NCBI GenBank assembly: GCA_045604705.1
Contig: JAZUOO010000030.1
Coordinates: forward strand, 28,373-92,372
DNA: 64,000 bases
Origin: Eubacteriales bacterium
GTDB lineage: Bacteria > Bacillota > Clostridia > Oscillospirales > CAG-382
Direction: 5' to 3'
The notes beneath the pieces are model-generated. The model was not told the DNA's origin, did not search any database, and saw only the letters and a list, made by a program, of their open reading frames with translations. Of the stretch, positions 20,705-30,760 are shown piece after piece. The stretch's first letter is position 1; the number at the start of each line of letters is the position of its first letter. The position numbers and the translations under genes were made by a program.

Positions 20705-21343
20705 CTATTCCTCATATTCTATTGAGGAAGCATATTTTATTTCATCAAAGGAATAGCCATAACGAACCATTTTATCGGCAATCTTCTTTTTCTCCCGATA
20801 ATCGGACGGAACTCCGTTTTTGGTAAGCTTTCTGTACATCAGAACGGCATTTTCGTAAAAATCAATTTCCGTGTTTTCAAAAGCTTCTTCAATACTGCCC
20901 TTTTCATAGCCCTTCTGCATAAGCTCCCCTTTAATACGGTACTTTCCGTAAAGCTTTTCCCCGGCATACGCTCCGATTCTTCTCTCGCAGGCATACACCT
21001 CATTGATAACGGAAAACCCACAAAGAAGCTCTATGGCATCCTCGGCACATTCAAGGGAGTAGTCATTTTCACGGCACTTTTCCAAAAGACGCTTCTTGCT
21101 CTTTTCACCGTAGGACGTGATATACCATTGAAGATATTTTACACACCTGAGCTTATCGGAAGCTGCCGCAAAATGCTCCCTGAATTCATCGGGACACTCA
21201 ATCGGATAGTCATCCTCCTTATCCGAAAAAGCTATTCCGAACCGTTTGAAATCCCCTGCCGAAACAGTATATTTTGTTCTTGTTTCATCAACAACGGTAT
21301 ATTCATTACCGCCCTCGGAACGGTATATCTTAATTATAAACAT
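20705..21343 (-). CDS. recX: RecX-family regulatory protein
   Basis: ATG overlaps the recA stop (TAATG). Repeated three-helix pattern and size fit RecX. The sequence match by eye is weaker than the synteny. Confidence 0.6.
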   Translation of the reverse strand: MFIIKIYRSEGGNEYTVVDETRTKYTVSAGDFKRFGIAFSDKEDDYPIECPDEFREHFAAASDKLRCVKYLQWYITSYGEKSKKRLLEKCRENDYSLECAEDAIELLCGFSVINEVYACERRIGAYAGEKLYGKYRIKGELMQKGYEKGSIEEAFENTEIDFYENAVLMYRKLTKNGVPSDYREKKKIADKMVRYGYSFDEIKYASSIEYEE

Positions 21344-22461
21344 TATTGTTCGTCAAATGACTCCGTTATAACAAGACCGTCTTCCTCTTCTGCATTTGCG
21401 GAAAGATTGTCAAGTATCTCACCGTTGGAATCTGCAAATGCCTTTCTGATCTTAGCTTCGATTTCAGCTGCAAGCTCCTTATCCTCACAGAGCATATCAC
21501 GAACCCTGTCTCTTCCCTGTCCCAGCCTTTCTCCGTTGTAGGAGAGCCATGAACCACTTTTCTGAATGATGTCAAGCTGAATACCGACATCAAGAAGCTC
21601 ACTTTCCTTTGAGATTCCTCTGCCGTAGAGAATGTCAAATTCCGCAGTTCTGAAAGGAGGGGCTACCTTGTTCTTTACCACCTTACACTTAGTATGGTTA
21701 CCGGTAACCTCCGAGCCATCCTTTATTTGCTCGCTTCTTCTTATATCAATACGAACGGAAGCATAATACTTAAGCGCAACACCGCCGGGCGTGGTCTCCG
21801 GATTTCCGTAGAGTACACCAACCTTTTGACGAAGCTGATTTATAAATATAACAGTACAGTTTGACTTTGCAATGGAGCCGGAAAGCTTACGAAGTGCCTG
21901 TGACATAAGTCTTGCCTGAAGACCAACGTGGGAATCACCCATTTCACCGTCAATTTCGGCTCTGGGAACAAGTGCGGCAACCGAGTCAACTACAACAACG
22001 TCAATTGCACCGGAACGAACAAGAGCCTCGGTAATCTCAAGTGCCTGTTCACCATAGTCAGGCTGTGATACGAGAAGCTCGTCAATGTTGATGCCGAGAG
22101 CTTTTGCATATACCGGATCAAGTGCGTGTTCCGCATCAATAAATGCCGCCTCACCGCCTTGTCTTTGTACCTCAGCGATAACATGAAGAGCGACCGTTGT
22201 CTTACCCGATGATTCGGGCCCGTATATTTCAATAATTCTTCCTTTCGGAATACCGCCGATACCAAGTGCCAAATCAAGGGTAAGGGAGCCAGTTGAAATC
22301 GCACTTACGTTCATGTTCGTGTTTTCACCAAGCTTCATAATGGAGCCTTTGCCGTAGTCCTTTTCTATTTTTGCAATTGTAGTATCGAGTGCTTTTCTTC
22401 TGTTTTCCTCTCCGGTTATTTCCTCCGGAGCTGCCTTTTTCGGTTTTGTATCTTTAGCCAT
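21343..22461 (-). CDS. recA: recombinase RecA
   Basis: GPESSGKTT Walker [27 protein letters not shown]; a full-length canonical RecA. Confidence 0.98.
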   Translation of the reverse strand: MAKDTKPKKAAPEEITGEENRRKALDTTIAKIEKDYGKGSIMKLGENTNMNVSAISTGSLTLDLALGIGGIPKGRIIEIYGPESSGKTTVALHVIAEVQRQGGEAAFIDAEHALDPVYAKALGINIDELLVSQPDYGEQALEITEALVRSGAIDVVVVDSVAALVPRAEIDGEMGDSHVGLQARLMSQALRKLSGSIAKSNCTVIFINQLRQKVGVLYGNPETTPGGVALKYYASVRIDIRRSEQIKDGSEVTGNHTKCKVVKNKVAPPFRTAEFDILYGRGISKESELLDVGIQLDIIQKSGSWLSYNGERLGQGRDRVRDMLCEDKELAAEIEAKIRKAFADSNGEILDNLSANAEEEDGLVITESFDEQ

Positions 22462-22516
22462 TTTTTGCCTCCATATTTACAAAAAAATATCTTAAACCCG
22501 TAATTATTATGGAAAT

Positions 22517-22545
22517 ATTATATTATTTTTCGTCCGAAAATACAA
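22517..22545 (-). promoter_or_regulatory. candidate recA promoter
   Basis: The minus strand reads TTGTAT-17 nt-TATAAT, about 55 nt upstream of the recA ATG. Confidence 0.5.
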
Positions 22546-22581
22546 TATAGAATTAATGAACAATTATAAAAACATTTGTGT

Positions 22582-22595
22582 CGAACACATATTCT
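22582..22595 (-). promoter_or_regulatory. Cheo-type SOS (LexA/DinR) box upstream of recA
   Basis: The minus strand reads AGAATATGTGTTCG, close to the Firmicute consensus CGAAC-N4-GTTCG (GAAT-N4-GTTC here). Confidence 0.55.
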
Positions 22596-22687
22596 TGTTT
22601 TTCTTTTGCCCTTTTTGCAATTCAATTTCGGTGAAAAATGCAAAAATCGGTCATCATACGAGAGAGTACAAAATGGGCACCAAAAAA

Positions 22688-22735
22688 CATAAAAAAAACA
22701 AAAAAAGACGGGGCTTTGTTCAAAAAAAACCCCGT
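22688..22735 (-). terminator. intrinsic terminator of murA
   Basis: The minus strand reads ACGGGG-16 nt loop-CCCCGT followed by CTTTTTTTGTTTTTTTT, starting 17 nt after the murA stop. Confidence 0.65.
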
Positions 22736-22751
22736 AAAAAACATATTTTCA

Positions 22752-24026
22752 TCAATCCGGAATAAGAATAATTTCAGCACCTACACCTCTGAGCTTTTCC
22801 GTGATATTTTCATATCCTCTTTGGATATGATGAATATGTGTAATTTCTGTAGTACCTTTTGCACAAAGACCCGCGACGATAACTGCCGCACCGGCACGAA
22901 GATCAACTGCTCTGACATGAGCACCATTAAGTCCGTCAACACCTTTGAAGGTCGCCTGTTTGCCGCTTTGGTCCACCACAATATCCGCCCCCATAAGCTT
23001 CAATTCTTCAACATATCTGAACCTATTGTCCCATACGCCCTCACGCATAACGCTCGTACCCTTTGCAATACACATAAGTACACCCATCTGAGGATTCATG
23101 TCCGTCGGGAAGCCGGGATAAGGCAGTGTCTTTACATCAATTCCGCAAAGACGTCCCGTGGATTTTACTCTCACCGCTTCGTCGAATTCCTCTACATCCG
23201 CCCCCATTTCAATGAGCTTTGCAGAAATGGAATCAAGGTGTTTCGGAATTACGTTTGTAATCGTAAGATCCCCGCCTGTTGCCGCCGCTGCTATCATGTA
23301 TGTTCCCGCTTCTATCATATCGGGAATGATGGTATAATCGGTACCTCTCAATTTTTCAACACCCTTGATTTTAATGGTATCGGTACCTGCACCGGAAATC
23401 ATTGCACCGGAAGCATTAAGGAAGTTTGCAAGGTCAACAATATGAGGCTCTCTCGCTGCATTTTCAATGATCGTAACTCCCTGGGCTCGGGATGCCGCAA
23501 GCATTATGTTGATGGTCGCACCGACAGAAACAACATCCATATATATGGTATTTCCGACAAGACCACCCTCGCTTTGACAGTCAATATAGCTCTGTTCGCT
23601 TTCAATTGTCGTAACGTTCGCACCCAGTGCACGAAAGCCCTTTATGTGCTGATCTATGGGACGAACTCCAAAATCACAGCCCCCGGGGTATGCCGTATGT
23701 GCTTTTCCGAATCGTCCCAGCTCCGCACCCAGAATATAATAGGAAGCACGCATTTTTCTCACATAATCATAGGGCGAAGAACCGCATACCACATTTTTGG
23801 TATTAACCTTATATGTGGTCTTGTCCATTCTTTCAACCTCGGCACCCATTTTTTTAAGTATAGCAAACCCGTCCGCAACATCACTTATGTCCGGAAGATT
23901 TCTTATTATACACTCATCTTCATTAAGTATTGTAGCAAAAATAATTGCGACTGCAGCGTTTTTCATTCCGCCTACCTCTATCTTGCCGCAAAGCGCTTTA
24001 CCGCCGTTTACTACAAATCTATCCAT
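22752..24026 (-). CDS. murA: UDP-N-acetylglucosamine 1-carboxyvinyltransferase
   Basis: MDRFVVNGGKALCGKIEVGGMKNAA, active-site loop PGGCDFGVRPIDQH, FPTDM, RGYE. Confidence 0.95.
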   Translation of the reverse strand: MDRFVVNGGKALCGKIEVGGMKNAAVAIIFATILNEDECIIRNLPDISDVADGFAILKKMGAEVERMDKTTYKVNTKNVVCGSSPYDYVRKMRASYYILGAELGRFGKAHTAYPGGCDFGVRPIDQHIKGFRALGANVTTIESEQSYIDCQSEGGLVGNTIYMDVVSVGATINIMLAASRAQGVTIIENAAREPHIVDLANFLNASGAMISGAGTDTIKIKGVEKLRGTDYTIIPDMIEAGTYMIAAAATGGDLTITNVIPKHLDSISAKLIEMGADVEEFDEAVRVKSTGRLCGIDVKTLPYPGFPTDMNPQMGVLMCIAKGTSVMREGVWDNRFRYVEELKLMGADIVVDQSGKQATFKGVDGLNGAHVRAVDLRAGAAVIVAGLCAKGTTEITHIHHIQRGYENITEKLRGVGAEIILIPD

Positions 24027-24182
24027 ACTCTGTAATCATTCCTTTCGATACAACGCAGGTTATGCGTCTTCTTGTTATGCCGCAACATTTGATTAAAACA
24101 TCATCGGTACGGAAATACTTTGGATTTAAGCTTCATGTTTTAAAATCATATTTTAGGCTTATAATTAGGCTTCAAAGAGAAC

Positions 24183-25145
24183 CTAGTCGACAACGGAAAC
24201 ATTCTCTCCTGTCACAGCATCTATCGAGGCAATTATCCGTTCTCCGTTTTCATCGGTATATTCTATAACCCACGCGGGTATAACATAATATTCTTCGTAA
24301 TTGTAGCGAAAAGACTTATACACCATGTTTATGTCCTTCACATCTGTTTGACTCACCGTGACCCTGTTTCCGTTCTCGCGTATATAGTCAGAAAGGATAT
24401 ACATTGCATCAATGCTGTCTATGATCTTTGCATTGTATTTTTTTTGCGGCGATCTTTCCGTAATCCTACCGTTACAGCATACAATCCTTCCTTTTTTGAC
24501 AAAGATATTCAGATAATAGTCAGGGGCCTGCGTATCCGAAAGCTCGCCGATGAAGTATACTATCTTTCCGCCATTATAGTCCGAGGCACCTTTAAACACA
24601 AATTTCATATTATAATTCTTCAGTGCCGTTTCAATAAAACTCTGTGACACCGAATACTCTTCGCCTCTGTCCATATCCAGCTTCTTAAGGTATGCCGATT
24701 CGGAAATCTTCACAATATCCTTATAGTCAACCTCATTCTCATAATAACATTCAAATTCAAAATTATCATTAAGCGAAAAGCTCCCCAGAATAATTCCGTT
24801 ACTGTCCTTAATGCTCACGCTGAACCCATCCGGAGTTTTCACATATGCGGAACTCTCGGCGAATACTCCAAAAAACTTTTCCGTGAGATTTTTGTATGTT
24901 TCGGGAATCTTGTTTTCCTCTGTGCTGCTTTTCGCACTGTATACGGGAAGATCGTAAAGCCTTCTGGCATCCTTATCAAACTCCGCATTAATCCCGTTTT
25001 TTGCAAGATTTTTCTCTGCAAGTGCCGCTTCTTCTTCGGAAATATAGTTTTTCTCCGTCACAAGTCTTGTGCAAAGAACAAAGAAAATCACATTCACTAC
25101 AAAGAGACACACACATATAAGAAGTTTAACCTTAGAAAAATTCAT
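24183..25145 (-). CDS. membrane-anchored extracytoplasmic protein, YycI-like (PepSY-type C-terminus)
   Basis: N-terminus MNFSKVKLLICVCLFVVNVIFFVL resembles the YycI signal anchor. The C-terminal YYVIPAWVIEYTDENGERIIASIDAVTGE is a PepSY-like strand pattern. Its ATG overlaps the upstream stop (ATGA). The family call is tentative. Confidence 0.45.
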   Translation of the reverse strand: MNFSKVKLLICVCLFVVNVIFFVLCTRLVTEKNYISEEEAALAEKNLAKNGINAEFDKDARRLYDLPVYSAKSSTEENKIPETYKNLTEKFFGVFAESSAYVKTPDGFSVSIKDSNGIILGSFSLNDNFEFECYYENEVDYKDIVKISESAYLKKLDMDRGEEYSVSQSFIETALKNYNMKFVFKGASDYNGGKIVYFIGELSDTQAPDYYLNIFVKKGRIVCCNGRITERSPQKKYNAKIIDSIDAMYILSDYIRENGNRVTVSQTDVKDINMVYKSFRYNYEEYYVIPAWVIEYTDENGERIIASIDAVTGENVSVVD

Positions 25146-26557
25146 TCCTGCAGCCCTCCGTCCCCGGTGTCATATTCCACCGTCCAGCGCATGAGTGCTC
25201 GGCTACTGTCCTGCGGATCATCCCCAAAAGTATATTCGGGACCGAAATACAGCACAGTGCCATTATTTCTTTCCATAAGCACATATGCCGTTTTCTGGGG
25301 AATATCCGTTACAGCCTCCTGGTCAAACACCAAAACTTCAATTTTTCCCTTGGCATAAATCAAGCTGTCACGAGAAAATCTCAGCTCCAGTGCATACTCC
25401 CCTTCTTCTTCAACGGGAACTCCGTTGACGGTATAGCTGTAGTAAAATCTGCACTCTCCGTCATTATAGACAATATCCTCAAGGGACAAACGCCCGCAGC
25501 AGCCCGAAAGCTTTTCATTCAGAGAAACAGCTATTTCCTGTGCTGCACCAGCATATTCAAAAAATCCGTAACCGGAATCGGCACCTATGCTCAGAAAAGC
25601 TCCGAGATTTCCTCCCTGCGCCTCCGGAATGAACACAAATCCACCGTTCTGAGTTATTTCAAAGCTTGTGGTATCTTCAACGCATATCATTGCACCGTCG
25701 GAATTTCTTTTGTAAAACCTTGTATTGTCCTCATTCATTCCGAAAATACTTACAAAATCACGAAGATCCGCACCCTCTGCATCAATGTCAAAACGCTCTG
25801 AAAAAGGAGTTCTCAAAACAGTATTATATTTCAACGAATACTTAAAGGCGGGAAAATAGCAGTTTTTATCCGCAGAAACATTGTCCTCTGCCAGGACAAA
25901 CTCAAATTCATCTTTTTCGGTATTATTATATGACTCAAGATATTCTTTGTTGAAAGGTATATTCTTTGACGGATATATCTTAAGCACATTTCCGTCATTG
26001 TCAACCGCCGTTATGCTTGCCTCACCCGATGCCCCGCTGATAAGGAACATATCCTTCACCGCAAACCCGGGGTTCTCCGGAATTTCAGTGTATGTATCCG
26101 ACATAAGCTGACATAGCACAGAAAACTCCACTCCGTTATTTAGCTTAACATAATAGCAGTTTTTTGTACCATTATACAGATTTTCAAGATACTCATACTT
26201 TTTTTGAGTATCCGAATAAACCACCTTTTTTGCAGTTCCTCCCGGTGCATTTTCAAGAACTCTTGCAAAGTTCCTGAAGATTTCATATGCAAGTGCGTCG
26301 TTATAGGTTCCGCCATACATTCCGTTTTCGGATATAACTCCCGCAAAATAAGGCGTTACAAGCGACTTGACCGTTTCGTTCAGATCAAGCTTTCCTTCGG
26401 TAAGAAGCTGCACCTCACTCTCCGGAAACTCGGGCAAAGAGCCATCACCCTTATTCTGTGCAAGGCTTATATACCACACACACTGAACAAGCATTGCAAA
26501 AAGCAGCAACACCATCAGTAAGTTTTCAACTATTGATACAACCGTCTTTTTGCTCAT
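25142..26557 (-). CDS. membrane-anchored extracytoplasmic protein, YycH-like
   Basis: ATG 26557 is preceded by GGGGGAG; the track ORF start at 26617 has no RBS. It has a single N-terminal TM (LLMVLLLFAMLVQCVWYISL) and a ~450-aa extracellular part. Size, topology and pairing with the next gene resemble YycH-YycI. The family call is tentative. Confidence 0.45.
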   Translation of the reverse strand: MSKKTVVSIVENLLMVLLLFAMLVQCVWYISLAQNKGDGSLPEFPESEVQLLTEGKLDLNETVKSLVTPYFAGVISENGMYGGTYNDALAYEIFRNFARVLENAPGGTAKKVVYSDTQKKYEYLENLYNGTKNCYYVKLNNGVEFSVLCQLMSDTYTEIPENPGFAVKDMFLISGASGEASITAVDNDGNVLKIYPSKNIPFNKEYLESYNNTEKDEFEFVLAEDNVSADKNCYFPAFKYSLKYNTVLRTPFSERFDIDAEGADLRDFVSIFGMNEDNTRFYKRNSDGAMICVEDTTSFEITQNGGFVFIPEAQGGNLGAFLSIGADSGYGFFEYAGAAQEIAVSLNEKLSGCCGRLSLEDIVYNDGECRFYYSYTVNGVPVEEEGEYALELRFSRDSLIYAKGKIEVLVFDQEAVTDIPQKTAYVLMERNNGTVLYFGPEYTFGDDPQDSSRALMRWTVEYDTGDGGLQE

Positions 26558-26655
26558 ACTCTCCCCCGTTTTGCCGTGCGGGACTCCATACTTCAGGGAA
26601 TCCCGTCGGCAGATCAATTTTTCTGAAAGTCACACTTAAAAACTGTTATGACCCA

Positions 26656-27000
26656 TTATTTCAAATCCTCCAGAAGCTTTGCGATATGTGCTCCGTGCTC
26701 AATCGAGTCATCGTATACAAAGCAAAGCTCCGGTGTCGCACGAAGATTCAGGCGTTGTGCAAGCTCACGTCTGATATACCCCTGTGCACTTTTAAGTCCC
26801 TTTTTGACCTCATCCTTGCCCTCTCCCAGCACGCTGTAGTGAACAGTAGCGTTTCTGAGATCCTGTGCAGTGTCAACTCTCAGTATACTTATAAAGCTTC
26901 CCGAAACTCTCGGATCCTTGACGGACCTTAAAATCTCTGTCAGCTCACGACTGAGTTCTTCGTTGACTCGCCCTGTATGATAATTGTTTTTCTTAGGCAT
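26656..27000 (-). CDS. rbfA: ribosome-binding factor A
   Basis: RVNEELSRELTEILR.VKDPRV...ISILRVDTAQDLRNATVHYSVLG, the canonical RbfA pattern. Confidence 0.9.
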   Translation of the reverse strand: MPKKNNYHTGRVNEELSRELTEILRSVKDPRVSGSFISILRVDTAQDLRNATVHYSVLGEGKDEVKKGLKSAQGYIRRELAQRLNLRATPELCFVYDDSIEHGAHIAKLLEDLK

Positions 27001-27037
27001 TCCTTTGAATTCCTTTCATCGGATATATTTCCGAATT

Positions 27038-30013
27038 TTAAGCATTCGCACCCTTTACGGATTCAAGCTTACGCTCAACCTCTTCCATAATAAAGGCTTC
27101 GAGAACGTCGCCCTCCTTAATATCGTTAAATCTTTCAAGTCCGATACCACATTCGTAGCCCTGAGCCACTTCCTTTGCGTCATCCTTGAATCTCTTAAGA
27201 GAGGAGATCTTATCCTCAAATATAACGATACCGTCACGGACAACTCTGATTTCTGCATTTCTTGCGACCTTACCGTCGGTAATGTAAGAACCTGCGATAG
27301 TGCCGACGCCGGGAACGTGGATTGTCTGGCGAACCTCTGCATGACCGAGTACAACTTCCTTGAATTCGGGAGCAAGCATACCGGAAAGAGCTGCCTTAAC
27401 TTCCTCGATAATGTCATAGATAACTCTGTAGGTTCTGACATCTACGCCGCTGCGCTCTGCTATATCTATGGCGTTCTTATCGGGACGAACGTTAAAGCCC
27501 ACGATAATTGCATTGGAAGCATCCGCAAGCATAACATCGCTCTCGTTGATACCGCCGACTGCGGAATGGATAACACGAACCTTGACCTCCTCGTTGGAAA
27601 GCTTTTCAAGGCTGGATTTAACTGCTTCCGCAGAGCCCTGAACGTCAGCCTTAACGATAACGGTGAGTTCCTTTGCTCCCTCATTAATCTGGCTGAAGAG
27701 GTCTTCGAGAGATACCTTGGAGTTAGCCTTAAATTCTGCTTCCTTGGCTTCATTCTTTCTCTTTTCAACAAGCTCTCTTGCCATCTTTTCGTCTGCAACG
27801 GCTCTGAATTCATCACCCGCATCCGGAACACCGCCAAGACCTATAATTTCAACGGGAACGGAGGGACCTGCTGTCTTAACTGTTTCGCCTCTGTCATTTG
27901 TCATTGCTCTGACTCTGCCTGTTGCCATACCTGCAATAACAATATCTCCTGTATGGAGTGTACCGTCCTGAACAAGGATTGTAGCAACCGAGCCTCTGCC
28001 CTTATCAAGCTTTGCTTCGATTACGATACCCTTAGCCGCCTTATCGGGGTTAGCCTTGAGATCCTTCATGTCAGCAACGAGAAGTACCATTTCAAGAAGC
28101 TCATCAATACCCTCATGCTTGAGTGCGGATACGGGAACACAGATTGTATCTCCGCCCCAATCCTCGGGAAGAAGCTCATAGTTTACAAGCTCCTGCTTAA
28201 CTCTGTCAGGATTTGCGGTGGGTTTATCCATTTTGTTAATTGCAACAATTACCTGAATTCCCGCAGCCTTTGCGTGGTTTATGGCTTCAACAGTCTGAGG
28301 CATGATACCGTCGTCCGCCGCAACAACTAGGATAGCAATATCCGTTGCTTGAGCACCTCTTGCTCTCATCGCAGTAAATGCTTCATGACCGGGAGTATCA
28401 AGGAATGTGATGTCTCTGTCGTTGATATTAACCATGTAAGCACCGATATGCTGTGTGATGCCGCCTGCTTCGCCGCTTGTTACATGGGTATCACGTATTG
28501 CGTCAAGAAGTGATGTCTTACCGTGGTCAACGTGTCCCATTACGCAGACAACAGGGCTTCTTGTCTTTCTCATTTCCTCTGTTTCTTCTTCCTCTGCAAA
28601 GAGCTTTTCTTCGAGAGTTACAATAACTTCACGTTCGGCAACGATTCCGAGTTCGTCCGCCACAAGATATGCTGTATCAAAATCAACAATCTTATTCGCA
28701 CCGACGCTTGCCATATCAAGTCCCATCATAAGGAGCTTCTTTACGACTTCGCCTGTTGTAATTCTGAGAGTTGCCGCAAGGTCGGAGATCATTATCTCGT
28801 CCGGGATTGTAACAGGACCGGTAAACTTCTTGGGAGGCTCGGCAGGCATATTATTCATCCTGCCCTTCTTACCCTTATCCTTCTTACTGTCCTTGCCTCT
28901 GAAAGACATTTCGCTCTTACCGTGGAAATCGTTCCTTCCGTTTTTGCCGTTCTGACCCTTCTGGACATTTTTCTGACCGCCGACATTTGCAGTCTTTTTC
29001 TTGGGAGCGTTTTCGTCGTATCCCGCAACACCCGCAAGATTATCGTATTTTTCATCGTACTTGGAAAGGTCAACCTCGCTTGCGCGAAGATCCACGATTC
29101 TGATGTTTCCGTCCTGTGCTTCTGTGCCAAAGGATTTCTTTTCAACGTTTTCGCTCTTATAGCGACTCTGTGCACGTCCATCCTTGTCGAATACAGGCTT
29201 TATGCTGGGCTGACGAACAGACTGATTTCCATCCTCGTCCTCCTTGCCCATACCGCCGAAGCCGCCTCTTTTGTCACCTTTACCATTCTGAGATTTTTTA
29301 ACGCCAAACTTATTGTCGTCAAACCCCATACCTCTATCTGTACCGAATCCGCCAAATCTACCCTGAGGTCTGTCACTATAGGGCTTCTTTTCGCCATATG
29401 CGGGTCTGTCACCCTGGGGTCTGTCGCCGTAGGGTCTCTTTTCACCGTATGCGGGTCTGTCACCCTGGGGTCTGTCACCGTAGGGCTTCTTTTCACCGTA
29501 TGACGGTTTGTCACCATAGGGCTTTCTCTCCCCGGCAGGTTTATCTCCAAATGTTTTTTTCTCAAAGGGTTTCTTTCCCGCTTCAACTGCAGGCTTAGCC
29601 TTTACTTCAACAGCGGGTTCTTGCTCTGCCTTTTCGGGTTTTACTTCCACTTTAGCTCCGGGATCCGCTTCCTGTACAGGTGTCGTCTTACCCTCATCTG
29701 CAACTTCCTTATTTTCTCCCTTAGCTTCAGCCTTCTTGGCATCTGTCTTCTTAGCCGCCTTTGCAGTCTTTTCATCTGCCTCTTTCTTTGACGCAACCTC
29801 AACATCATATGCAAAGAAATCCGCTTCCGTAGCAGTGCTCTTTTTTGTTATCGCATTGAAAATTATACTGAATTCGGAATCGTCAAGTCCCATGCTGTGG
29901 GTCTTTCCCTCTATACCGTTTTCGGTAAGCATATCGATAAGCTCTTTGTTTTTCAGCTTAAAATCCTTTGCAAGCTGACTGATTTTCATTGTATTATTTG
30001 AACTGGTCGCCAT
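27038..30013 (-). CDS. infB: translation initiation factor IF-2
   Basis: G-domain [24 protein letters not shown]. Start ATG 30013 follows AAAGGTG and lies 15 nt after the ylxQ stop. The N-terminal region is low-complexity with a 17-aa tandem repeat. Confidence 0.97.
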   Translation of the reverse strand: MATSSNNTMKISQLAKDFKLKNKELIDMLTENGIEGKTHSMGLDDSEFSIIFNAITKKSTATEADFFAYDVEVASKKEADEKTAKAAKKTDAKKAEAKGENKEVADEGKTTPVQEADPGAKVEVKPEKAEQEPAVEVKAKPAVEAGKKPFEKKTFGDKPAGERKPYGDKPSYGEKKPYGDRPQGDRPAYGEKRPYGDRPQGDRPAYGEKKPYSDRPQGRFGGFGTDRGMGFDDNKFGVKKSQNGKGDKRGGFGGMGKEDEDGNQSVRQPSIKPVFDKDGRAQSRYKSENVEKKSFGTEAQDGNIRIVDLRASEVDLSKYDEKYDNLAGVAGYDENAPKKKTANVGGQKNVQKGQNGKNGRNDFHGKSEMSFRGKDSKKDKGKKGRMNNMPAEPPKKFTGPVTIPDEIMISDLAATLRITTGEVVKKLLMMGLDMASVGANKIVDFDTAYLVADELGIVAEREVIVTLEEKLFAEEEETEEMRKTRSPVVCVMGHVDHGKTSLLDAIRDTHVTSGEAGGITQHIGAYMVNINDRDITFLDTPGHEAFTAMRARGAQATDIAILVVAADDGIMPQTVEAINHAKAAGIQVIVAINKMDKPTANPDRVKQELVNYELLPEDWGGDTICVPVSALKHEGIDELLEMVLLVADMKDLKANPDKAAKGIVIEAKLDKGRGSVATILVQDGTLHTGDIVIAGMATGRVRAMTNDRGETVKTAGPSVPVEIIGLGGVPDAGDEFRAVADEKMARELVEKRKNEAKEAEFKANSKVSLEDLFSQINEGAKELTVIVKADVQGSAEAVKSSLEKLSNEEVKVRVIHSAVGGINESDVMLADASNAIIVGFNVRPDKNAIDIAERSGVDVRTYRVIYDIIEEVKAALSGMLAPEFKEVVLGHAEVRQTIHVPGVGTIAGSYITDGKVARNAEIRVVRDGIVIFEDKISSLKRFKDDAKEVAQGYECGIGLERFNDIKEGDVLEAFIMEEVERKLESVKGANA
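29347..29520 (-). repeat. 51-nt (17-codon) tandem repeat inside infB, about 3.4 units
   Basis: Units start at 29398 and 29449 on the plus-strand coordinate, with degenerate flanking units. Each encodes [16 protein letters not shown](R/K). Confidence 0.85.
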
Positions 30014-30027
30014 AAACAACACACCTT

Positions 30028-30405
30028 TCATTTACTTTCGTGTAAAATATTATCTTCGGTAATACCGAGAGCCTTGTATATTATCTTTGCAAATCCCGTA
30101 TCTGTAACTGAACAAGCCACAACAAAGGACTTTTTTCCGAGCCTTCTTGCAAGCTCTTCCTTGGTTACGCAAAGATTTATGTAGGGTGAATCGGAATTTC
30201 TCAATGCCGCATGGAGCTTTTTCAATGAATTATCCGACATATCCGAACAGAGAAGCGTAACAACAGCACCGCCTGTTCTTATTTTTTCTTCGCACATTTC
30301 GGCGCCCGTCACAAGCTTTCCTGCACGTTTTGCAAGTCCCATAGCTCCAAGAATCTTGTCCTCTACAGCGTACACATCAATGCTTTCTGCAATATTTACG
30401 TACAT
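30028..30405 (-). CDS. ylxQ: L7Ae/YlxQ-family RNA-binding protein
   Basis: [42 protein letters not shown] pattern. Conserved position between ylxR and infB. TAATG overlap with ylxR. Confidence 0.75.
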   Translation of the reverse strand: MYVNIAESIDVYAVEDKILGAMGLAKRAGKLVTGAEMCEEKIRTGGAVVTLLCSDMSDNSLKKLHAALRNSDSPYINLCVTKEELARRLGKKSFVVACSVTDTGFAKIIYKALGITEDNILHESK

Positions 30406-30674
30406 TAATTTTCACCGCCGTCCATCATTCCGGAAAGTTCATCGTATACGGCATCCGACACCTTGACCTCAAGGCTTCGTGAGAGTTTGTCGCCCTTTCT
30501 TACTTTTTTGAAGCAATCGGGGTTTTTACATATATATACGCCTCTGCCGTTTTTCTTTCCTGTGGTATCTACGGAAACATCTCCCTCAGGTGCTCTTACA
30601 ACTCGCAGAAGCTCCTTTTTCGGAAATTTTTCTCCGCATCCCATACATTTTCTTTCGGGTATCTTTTTTACCAT
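30405..30674 (-). CDS. ylxR: YlxR (DUF448) family RNA-binding protein
   Basis: IPERKCMGCGEKFPKKELLRVV...GRGVYIC motif; sits downstream of nusA. Confidence 0.85.
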   Translation of the reverse strand: MVKKIPERKCMGCGEKFPKKELLRVVRAPEGDVSVDTTGKKNGRGVYICKNPDCFKKVRKGDKLSRSLEVKVSDAVYDELSGMMDGGEN

Positions 30675-30760
30675 TGGCCCTCCAAATTACCGTTCAGTAT
30701 TACAAAGTTTGCCTTTACACAGTAGTTTTTGTTAATTTATGTTTTTGCAGTCAGCCTGCA

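Noticed and set aside
22638-24035. 465-aa plus-strand ORF covering murA
   Set aside because: It is exactly antisense to a canonical murA. The Cys/Arg/Asn-rich low-complexity translation has no RBS and no motifs. It is a shadow ORF.
26984-29503. 448-aa and 326-aa plus-strand ORFs (26984-28330, 28523-29503) opposite infB
   Set aside because: They are antisense to a full-length IF-2 with intact G-domain motifs. Their translations are Cys/Leu/Phe-rich nonsense typical of the reverse frame of a biased gene.
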